Source of the DNA: the human T2T-CHM13v2.0 reference genome, Homo sapiens
Reading direction: 5' to 3' (one strand)
NCBI RefSeq assembly: GCF_009914755.1
Contig: NC_060937.1
DNA length: 64,000 nucleotides
This document shows, piece by piece, positions 11,924 through 22,569 of the stretch; within the stretch, counting starts at the first letter, position 1; each line of letters starts with the position of its first letter. The position numbers were made by a program, and so were the translations under genes. The notes under the pieces were generated by a model that saw only the letters and a list, made by a program, of their open reading frames with translations, was not told the DNA's origin and did not search any database.

Positions 11924-13883
11924 ATCTGCTTGTGTGGTTCAAAAGCCTGAGTCACTCCAATCCTCCTGTGCAGAGATCTTGACGGAGAGGAGCCCTTTCT
12001 GTTCCATGCTCAGGCAGTTCTTTAGGAATCTGAAGCACCCACCCTCCTGTATTAGATTAGATTGTCCCTCAACCATGTGCAGAAAACTTGGAACTGAGAA
12101 GGTTTCCCAGCTTTACGTCTACACATATAGCTGGGCATTTGGTAGTTACCCACTGGCTTCTCCCTCAGCATTGATGTTTGTGCCAGCCATTAGGGGACTT
12201 GGAGGAAGCCTCGCCAGGTTTAGCCCACCCACTGTGTCCTGTGCCCCCAGGGCCTGAGCAAGGGGCTCAGACCAGTGTATATTCCACTAACCAGCCCATT
12301 GCCTGAGGCAACAAAGTGTTTCTGAAAGTAAACAAGGATCAAGTATATACCCAGCCATGTTGGCTGCAGCTGCTCTTACCTACAGGTTCCATCTTCTGAC
12401 TTGCAGGAGAAACTGCACAGCCCAATATAAAACCTGCCAAAACAAGTTCATAGGGCTATAGAAGCAAAGCCAAAAGACTTTACCCAGCAACTTCTACAGT
12501 TGCATCCCTAGGGACAGGAGAGGGGAGAAGGAAAGTACAATAATATAATAGGGAAGGAAGGAAAAATAAAAAATATTACCCACATGAAAATAATTACAAA
12601 AGTTAGAAGTGGCAGCATTTCCAGATGAGAAGGAACTAGCACAAGAATTCTGGAACTAAGAATGAAGTGAAACCACCAAAGTACCACACTGGTTCTCCAA
12701 TAATGGTCTCTAACCAAAATGGAAACTGAGAAATAACAGAAAATATTCAAAGCATGGATTGCAAGGAAGCTCACTGATCTCCAAGACAGGTTTAAAATCA
12801 TAGAAACTTTTTGATGCAATTCAGCAAATGAAGGAATTAAAAAGAAATCACTTAAGGGACTTCAAAATACAATTGAAAGTTTTATTAATACACTGGACCA
12901 AGCAGAGGAAAGAATTTCAGAGCTTAAAGATTCATCTTTTGAGCTAAACAGTGAGAAAAAAAAGAAAACAGAATTTTAAAAAATAAACAAAGTCTTCAAG
13001 AAATATGAGATTATGTAAAAAAGTCAAACCTATGGCTTACTGTCATTTATGAGATGGAGAAAAAGTTAATAACCTGGAAAAAATATTTCAGGGAATAATT
13101 GAAGAAAAATTTTCTAATCATTCTAGAGAGATAGACATCCAGATACAAGAAATCTAGAGAACACCTGAGAGATATACAAAACAAACATCATCAAGTTATG
13201 TTGTCACCAGACTGTCCAAAGTCAATGCTAAAGAAAAAATACTAAAGGTAGTTAGAGGAAAAGGTAATATCTCACAAAGAAAACCCCATCAAGTTAACAG
13301 CAGACTTCTCAGCAAATACCTTACAAGCCATGAGAGATTGGGGGCTAATTTTTACCATTCTTTAAAAAAAAATAGAAATTCCAATCATGAATTTCATATC
13401 CCACCAAACTCAGCTTCATAAGTTAAGGAGAAATAAAATCTTTTCTAGAAAAACAAGCACTAAGTGTATTTGTTACCAGTAGACCAAACTTACAAGTGAT
13501 CTTAAAAGGAGTTTTACAGATGGAAATGAAAGAACAATACCTGCTACCACAAAATCATACTTAAGTATACAGCTTGCAGACCCTACAAAACAACCACACA
13601 ATAGACAGTACAAAACCACCAGCTAACAACTTGGAAACAGGATCAAAACTTCATATACTAATATTAACCTTGAATATAAGTAGTCTCAACTGCCTACTTA
13701 AAAGGCACAGCATGGCAAGTTGGATTAAAAAAACAAGAACTGTCTACTGTGTTCAATATACCCTTTTCACATGTAGTATCACCCATGGGCTCAAAGTAAA
13801 GAGTTGGAGAAAGATCTACCATGCAAATAGAAAATAAAAAAAGAGAAGGGGTCACTATACTTATATTAGATAAAACAGACTTT

Positions 13884-14123
13884 CCAAAGTGTGGATCACC
13901 TGAAGTCGGGGGTTGGAGACCAGCCTGACCAACATGGCAAAACCCCATCTCTACTAAAAATACAAAAATTAGACTGGCATGCTGGCAGGTGCCTATAATA
14001 CCAGCTGCTAGGGAGGCTGAGGCAGGAGAATCACTTGAACCCAGGAGGCGGAGGTTGCAGTGAGCTGAGATCGTGCCACTGCACTACAGCCTGGGTGACA
14101 GAGTGAGACTCCATCTCAAAACA

Positions 14124-14150
<27 letters not shown>
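13884..14150 (+). mobile_element. 5'-truncated AluS inserted in L1 ORF2 endonuclease region
   Basis: Starts GTGGATCACCTGA; (AAAAAC)n tail; TSD AAAACAGACTTT / AAAAAGACTTT. Confidence 0.95.
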
Positions 14151-14155
<5 letters not shown>

Positions 14156-17100
14156 GACTTTATGCCAACAACAGTAAAAAAAGAATAAAGAAGGGGAAAA
14201 CATAAGGAAAAAGGGCTCAAGTCAAAGAGAAGACTTAACTATTTAAAATATATACAAACTCAACATTGGAACAATCAGATTCACAAAACAAGTAATTGTA
14301 GACCTAGTAAATGACTTACACTACAACCCAATAATAAGAGGGGACTTCAACACCCCTCTGATAGCACTAAACAGATCATCAAGGCAGAAAACTAACAAAG
14401 AGATTCTGAACTTATATTCAACACTGGACTGATTGAACCTAATAGACATCTACAGAATTCTCCATCCATCAACTGCAGAATATACATTATTTTTATCTGC
14501 ACATGAAACATACTTCAAGATCATCCACATTTGATGATAAAAAGAGTCTCAATAAATTGTTTAAAAAAATGAAAGCATACCAATCATACTCCCAGAGCAC
14601 AGTAAAATGAAAATAGAAATTCACACCAGGAAGATATCTCAACACCACTCAATTACATAGAAATTAAACAACTTTCTCCTGAATGAATTTTGAGTAAACA
14701 ATAAAATTAAGACAAAAATAAAGAAATTTTTGAAATAATTGAAAACAGAGACACAACATGCCAAAATCTCTGGTTTGCAGTAAAAGTAGCATTAAGAGGA
14801 ACGTTTATAGTGCTAAACACTTACGTCAAAAAATTAGAAAGATCTCAGATTAGCTATCTAATATTACACCTGGGGTAATAGTAAAACAAGAACAAAGCTA
14901 ACAGAATAAAAGCAATGACTATTATTGGAGCATAACTGAATGAAATTGAGACCCCTCAAATCCATACCAAGAATCAACAAAACCAAAAGTAGTTTTTTGA
15001 AAGAATAAACAAATCATTAGACTACTAGTTAGATTAACAACCAGAAAAAGAGAGAAGATCCAAATAACTAGTCAGAAAGAACAAAGTTGACATTTCAACT
15101 GATCCCACAGAAATACAAAAGATCCTTTAAAAATATTATGAATACTCCAAAGCACACAAACTAGAAAATCTAAAGAAAATGGGTACATTTCTTGAAATGC
15201 ACAATCTCCCAAGTTTGGATCAGGAAGAAATTGAAACCTTGAACAAATCAACATAAAGTTCTGAGATTGAATCAGTAATAAAATCCTACCCAAAGGCACA
15301 GACCAGCTGAATTCTACCAGATGTACAAAAAAGAGGTGATACCAATTCCACTGACACTATTCCAAAAAAATTAAGGAGGAGAAATGTCTAACTCATTCTA
15401 TGAAAACAGCATCATCCTGATATCAAAACCTGGCAAAGACACAATGAAAAAGGGAAACTACAGGACAATTTATCTGATGAACATAGATGCAAAAATCCTC
15501 AAGAAAATGTTAGCATTTTCTTGCTAACAAATCCTACAAATCTTGTTAGCAAATCCTACAGCACATCAAAAAGTTAATTCACCATGATTAAGTAGGCTTT
15601 CTTCTTGGGAAGCAAGGTTGATTCAATGTATGCAAATCAATAAATGTGATTTACCACTTAAACAGAATTAAAAATAAAAACATTATAATTATCTTAATAG
15701 TCAAGGAAAAAACTCTTTATAAAATCCAACACCCCTTAATGATAAAAACCCTCAAACAACTAGGCATTCAAGGAGCACACCTCAAAAACAGTAAGAGCCA
15801 TCTATGACAAACCCACAACGAATATACTAAATGTGCAAAAACTGAAAGCATGCCCCTTGAGAACTGAAACAAGACAAGGATTTGCACTCTCACCACTCCT
15901 ATTCAACAAAGGACTGGGAGTTCCACCCAAAGCAATCAGGTAAGAGAAAAAATATAAGCCATCCAAAAAGGAAAAAAAAAATACAGCAAACTATTTCTCT
16001 TTGTAGACTATATATCTATAACTAGAAAATCCTAAAGACTCTGTCAAAAGTTTCCTAGATCTGATAAATGACTTGAGTAAAGTTTCAGCAAACAAAATTG
16101 ATGTACCCAAATCTCATTTACAATAGCCACACACACACACAACTTACATACTCAACATTATTCCTATCAAATGACCAAAATTATTTTTTTCAGAACTAGA
16201 AAAAAAAGTATTCTAAAATTCATATGGAACCAAAAAAGAGCTCAAATAGCAAAGCAGTAGTAAAAATAAAGAACAAAGCCAGAGGCACGCTATTACTAGA
16301 CTTCAAACTATACTGTAAGGCTATAGCAGCCAAAACAGCAAGGTACTGGTACAAAAACAGACACATAAACAAATGTAACAGAATAAAGAACCCAAAAATA
16401 ATCCTGCACCCCTACAACCATCTGATCTTCAATAAAAATAATCAATGGGGAAAAGTCCCCATATTCATTAAATGGTGCTGGGATAGATGGCTAGCTGCAT
16501 GCAAAAGATAAAACACCCCTATCTTTCACCATATATGAAAATTAACCCAAGATGGATTAAAGATTTAAATATAAAACCTCAACTACAAGAATTTTAGAAA
16601 AAAACCTGGAAAACACACTTTTGGTCATTAACCTTGGGGAAAAAATTTATTACTAAGTCCTCAAAAGCAATTACAAGAAAAACAAATATTGACAAGTGAG
16701 ACCTAATTAAACTAAAGAGCTCCTGCACAGCAAATGACACTATCAACAGAGTAAACAGACAACCTACAGGATAGAAGAAAATATTCACAAACTATGTATC
16801 CAACAAAGGTCTAATATCCTGAGTCTATAAGCCACTTAATTGTAGAAGCAAACAAGAAGTAATCTCATTAAAAAGAGGGCAAAAGACTTGAATAGACACT
16901 TCTCAAAAAAAAAAAAAAAAAAACATACAAGTGGCCAAGAAGTATATTAAAAGTGCTCCAGATCACTAATTATCAGGATATTGCAAATCAAAATCACCAT
17001 GAGATATCATCACATACCAGTCAGAATGGCTCTTATTAAAAAGTTAAAAAAAAAAACAAAAGCTGATACTGGCAAGACTGTGGAGAAAAGGGAACACGTG

Positions 17101-18988
17101 TAGTCCCTTGGAGGGAATGTAAATTAGTTCAGACACTGTGGAAAGCAGTTTGGAGGTTTCTCAAAGAATTTAAAATAAAACTACCATTTGACCCAGCAAT
17201 CTCATTACTGGGTATATATCTAGAAGAGAACAAATAGTTGTGCCAAAAAGACGCATACACTTGTATGTTCATCGCAGCACTAATCATAATTACGAAGACA
17301 TGAAATCAATGTAGGTGCCCTTCAACAATGGACTGGATAAAGAAAATGTGGTACATATACACCATGGAATACTACGAAGCCATAAAAATGAATGAAATTG
17401 TGTTGTTTTTTTTTTTTTGCAGTGACACAAATGCAGCTGGAGGCCCTTATCTTAAGTAAATTAACGTGTAAACAGAATTCCTGATGCTACATATTCTTGC
17501 ATATAAGTGTGAGCTTAACATCGGATACTCATGGACATAAAGATGGGAACTATAGACACTGGGGATTACTAAAATGGAGAGGAAAAGAGTGGAGGTAGGG
17601 TTGAAAAACTAACTATTGGATACTATGCTCAGTACCTGGGTGACAGGATTATTTGTAACCCAAACCTACCACCCAGGTACTATGCTTAGTAACTGGGTGA
17701 TGGGATCATTTATAACTCACCATCACACAATATACCCAGGAAACAAACCCATATCTAAAATAATAGTTGAAGAAAAATAAGTAAAGAAAAAATAAATCAA
17801 ATAGAAAACCTAAAACAAGTTGGTAGATATATAGTTATAAAAATATTGTACTAATCAAAATAAATGTAAAGAGATTTAACTTTATGTATTAAAAGTAAGT
17901 GGCTATCATATTTAAAATCCTACATGTGGAACTTATAAAATATAATTTTAATAGCTCATGAGTATGAGAATTATAAAACATTTACCAATTAATACAAACA
18001 AATAATTACACATAACAATTCGTGAGATGCAAATAAAAATTTACCTCTATAGGTTCATTCATTCACCAAACTCAAGAAAGGTTGAAAAATAAACAGTTTG
18101 AGCATGTTAAGAGGTTGGTGGGAAAAACCACAGAAAAACCCGAAGAAAGTAAAGAGTAAAATAATAAATATAGTAATGGAAATTAATGAAATATGCAAAT
18201 ATATGTAAGTAAACACCTGCAGGTTTTCATTAGGCAGTATAAAAACTGCCACCCTAATGAAAATTTTCTCACTTGTTCATCTAAAATAAAATCGAAGAGA
18301 GAAAGAGAGATAATTTGATTTTAATACTTTATGGTAGCAGAAGGGTGGTGAATACAGTGTGTTAAAATGTCTTAAATGCAAAGAATACAGACCCCTTCCC
18401 TCAAATAAACTTGGAATTCTTTTTTCTCAGTATAAAAGGACCCACCTTAAGTGGGGCCACTGTGAACATATATACTATCAAGCAGAGCAGCACAAGGAAC
18501 TGGAAGAAATTGAAAGTAAAAGCATGAAAAATGCTAATAAAATAAAGAATGCAACACACTTTTTTTGTCCATTAAATAAAAGAGCCACTGATTGTAAGAC
18601 CCATTATCGATTTTTAATGTTATTAATATTTAAAAATTACTACTAAATAATAATTTCTCTTAAGGACAGTTATGCGCAGCTCATGCACAACCTCTTTTGA
18701 AGTATCGGAAATACAGAGATTATTAGTAAGAACAAGAGACTCTTTTAAAAAGATAATGATATAATAGTTTTTTATGTGTATATGGTGCTGAGCTCACCCT
18801 TCATAAATGTGGACATTTCTCAAGCCAGTGAGTGACAAAATTTTCATGAAACTCAGGAATTTTTTGAGAAAGATCAAGACATGTACAGATCTCAGTTGTC
18901 ATTCATCACTTTTCAGGTTATCCAGTAGAAGAAAACCCTTGAATCGCTACAATCAATTAATCAATAAAAGCAATCACATGTTTTCTGC

Positions 18989-19260
18989 CCAGTGGTGTGA
19001 TGGTGCTGTCTTCAAATGCACCAAAATAGTCAATTATTAAATTTTCTGAAATCTTATTAGTCAGTTGTGAAACAGCCATTATTAAAAAGTAAGTTATATA
19101 GTTTAAAATTAAATTATATTTAAAACAGAGGCAATAATACTAAAAACTCACTATTTTAAAAAGTTTTACCATTATCTACATGCTTGAGGTTATTTACATG
19201 ATGTGTTTGTCAGGTGGAAATATCTTACAATGGTGGCAAATTTCTTTCATACTCTTTTAA
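18989..19260 (+). mobile_element. MER63 (hAT-Blackjack) fragment
   Basis: CCAGTGGTGTGATGG..TTAAATTTTCTGAAAT..AAACAGCCATTATTAAAAA..CTTGAGGTTATTTAC matches MER63 as recalled. Confidence 0.75.
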
Positions 19261-21651
19261 TAACACATTGATAGCTTCAGTTGTCCAGGGCAAGAGTCTT
19301 TAAAACGCAGACATCAGAACAAGCTAAGAATTGGGATATGATTTAATACTTAGGTCTCGCCTAGACTTAAAAGAGTAAACGTAAAATATTAACAAAGCAA
19401 ATGTAACTTTAACATGTGTCATATTGGTAGTTATCATAGTGTGAATACCACATAAAAAATTCAGAAATTATTCTTCCAATTTTTGAAAACTATTAAACAA
19501 TTTTAGAAAGAAGTGGCTGACATCATTGAAAAATAAATATAATACAAAGGTGCATCCTTTTTGTTACACTTTTGTCTTTTTAATGTTAAAGAAAATCATC
19601 AAGTTCTGTTTATCTTAGAATTATACTCATTCATAAAACATATCCATAATTTGGTTAAGGATGCAAATGTTAGACAAAAAGTAATATAAGCCTTCGATGA
19701 GAGATAATCAATTAAGTGGTATTCATGAAAAATGATTACATATTTTATTATTATTCAGACATTGGTGCTTCATATATTTAATATTTGAAATTACATAAAA
19801 ATTATACGTATTCCATAATTTTTAAAAGTCAGTTTTAAAATTTCTCCAGCATGCTACTGATTCTGAGGCATTCAAACTTACTTGTGTTATAATTCTCACA
19901 AATAAAAGAAAGAAAGAAAGTTCTGATATGAAGAAATTTCTTTCTTATACATGCTAGCTACTTTGGGGTATGCATGTGAGTGTTAATGTTAGCTACTGAT
20001 TATTTTTCATGTGTACGTTCCCATTCTACTATGACCTTTGACTTTCAAATAAACAGCATTCATTCATTCTGATTTTTCAAACAGCATAATTACCCAGTGC
20101 AAGAAAGAACATCTGCCAAATTGTATATTCCAGACAGTTCGGTTGATCTTTTCAGATACTTAGTGATGCCCCTTTAGAAAATAAAAGCATAAACAGGCTG
20201 CCCTTGGAACTTCCTTTGTTGAAAATGTATTAAGGTGACTCACAGTGGAATATTTTCCTTCAATGTTTGTGGAAAACTAGAAGATTAAAAAGAAAGGTAT
20301 TTTTGTTGCTGCTGAAAAGCAGTGGTAAAGAGTTCTAAAAATTATTTAACTAGATATGTATTTCAAATACATTGTTATTGTTCACTGGAGGTGTTTCAAC
20401 TCTAACCTATTAGGTGAATACAGGGAATATAGAATCACATGAGAGAGTAACACAACTCCAATGTCACTTTTATAACTATCCATTTAGGGTCTGTGTAGGT
20501 GAGTCTGTCATATCTTTTCCTTGGTTTTGACAGCTATACTTTCAGTAGATTATAAAAGAGAAAATAAGCCATCCTCTTTGAGCTGAATGTAAAATGGGAG
20601 TTACATACACTTATAGAGTAGGCTTTCACTGTTCTATGTTTCATATTTCTTTATTTGAAATTGTAATCATCCTTTAGTAGACTTGTTCTGTCAAAATCAT
20701 ATCATGGTGGGTTGCTCAAATCTAAAAATGTTCAGTCAGAGACTGCTATAAAAAGTCTTAACAAATACTCTGAAAACAGTCCCAAATAACTGCTGAGAAA
20801 AAAGAATATATACATAATGTTACGACCTTAGTAAAATCAGTGACCAAAATTACTTTAGATCCTATTTTTATTTTTGGTTATTTGTATGCTATTTGCTATC
20901 TTGTATGTCTCTTACACTTACATCTTTTGAGGTTTTAAAAATTACCTACCAGATCAACTATAAATTATTAATATAATAATTGGAGCACATCATTACTAGA
21001 TTATACTCTATCAATTAACTTGAATCAACCATCATTGTTTTATTTAATCCCTTCAAAGTAGATATCCTTAACTTTTAAATTTTCTAAAGGCCAACACCTG
21101 GTCTCTCTGCAGCTTAGCAATTTTCCCTCTGAATCTTTAGGGTACTCTAAAGTATAGTCATTAAATCCTATATCCCCAAGCCTTCTTCTCCTCCTTCCAC
21201 TTAATTTATGAAGAAGAATAATCATATACCCTCATGAATAATCATATAATTTTAGCTTCAAATGTTTCCTATTATGTTTCTTTTCTTTTTCCATTTTTTA
21301 GTCCATTGAGCAGTGGTACTCTTTTTCTAAGTGATCTTTTCAATTCCTGACTTCTAACTGCAAGCCCTTACATGCTAATTGTGTGGGTGGAAATGTCATA
21401 GCAAAGAGAATCTGGAGGATTGCTTGATGAGAATATGTCTCAGAAGAGGGTGAATGTGTCTCTTCCTGGCAGAAGAGCAAGTGGCATTTGGGAGAAAGAA
21501 GAAACAGATGGTGACTCCGAGAAAAAGGACACTATAATGTCTCCTTCTCTTCACAAAATTTGCACTAGCTCAGCAGGAAATCTATGGTTAACCATAAAAA
21601 TGGATGGTCAGCTCCTAAGTGGTAGTATACCCTATGAATGGACCAAACTCT

Positions 21652-21830
21652 ATTATTTTAAACAATTACTGATACATAATAATTGTACGTACTTACAGGG
21701 CGCATTTAGTGTTTGAATACAAGCATACAATGTGTAGTGATCAAATTAGGTTAATTGGAATATCCATCACCTCAAACATTTATCATTTCTTCATGTTGGG
21801 AAGCATTCCAAATCTTCTCTCTTAGCTCTT
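21652..21830 (-). mobile_element. L1MA 3' end fragment
   Basis: GCATACAATGTGTAGTGATCAAATTAGG..ATATCCATCACCTCAAACATTTATCATTTCTT. Confidence 0.85.
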
Positions 21831-22569
21831 GATTTCAGAAGTGTGTGTATTATAGACCATAACTAAGTTCCTTTTGTAAATGAAGTTGGCCAGAAATAAA
21901 GGTGTGCTTTTTGTCCCTAAAAAGCAATCATTTGCAGCTCATCTAAAGAATACAAAGCAAAAAATGCTCAAAAAGAACAGAGAATTTTGTGTAAGCAGAG
22001 GTGTTTAAATTTATATGCAGAAAAGTTTGGTATGTATTATTTCTTTTAAACTTCTTACTATGATTCTATGGCAAGAGTGATTTTCTAACATACAATATAC
22101 ACCAAAAGAATAAATTAACCTACGTATCCTACCAGGTTGTCATATTGAGCAGTATATTTCTGGTGAAAATAATAAAATGTTTTAAATTTGAAATGAATAC
22201 ACACACATGTAAGATTCACCTGGGCATAGAATATATCCATATACATTATTTAGCTCTAGGCTATACAAACAAGAAAAATGGTTTTGTTGAGGAAAGTAAT
22301 TTAAGTCATACTTTTGAATAAGAATTATATAATTATATAATATATAATTTAAGTCATACTTTTGAATATAATTCTATAATATTTTGATATATAATAAAAA
22401 CATGATATCCCCAATTCCAATTAGATTCAAGTTACTCTCTTTAAAAAGTGAACTGTCTATATTACCAAAGGAATAAAAGTTAAATCACTTAACCCAGTAT
22501 GAATTTTTTTTTGTTTTTTAATGTTCTAGTCTTAGATTGTATAATATTCTAGTCTTAGATTTTATTTAA

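Larger units (their letters stand above)
10535..17795 (+). mobile_element. Near full-length old primate LINE-1 (L1PA15/16-like), inactive
   Basis: 5' CCAAGATGGC (YY1-type motif), GC-richer 5'UTR, ORF1 from ~12.6 kb, ORF2 EN ([18 protein letters not shown], ~13650) through WYKNRHI..KWCW, 3'UTR GGGTTGAAAAACTAACTATTGG..TCTAAAATAATAGTTGAA and A tail; many stops, frameshifts and deletions near 16110-16150. Confidence 0.92.

Noticed and set aside
18540-18650. Possible ancient Mariner/Tigger MITE (TGATTGTAAGACCCATTATCGATTT)
   Set aside because: No TIRs or boundaries found; family assignment too uncertain.
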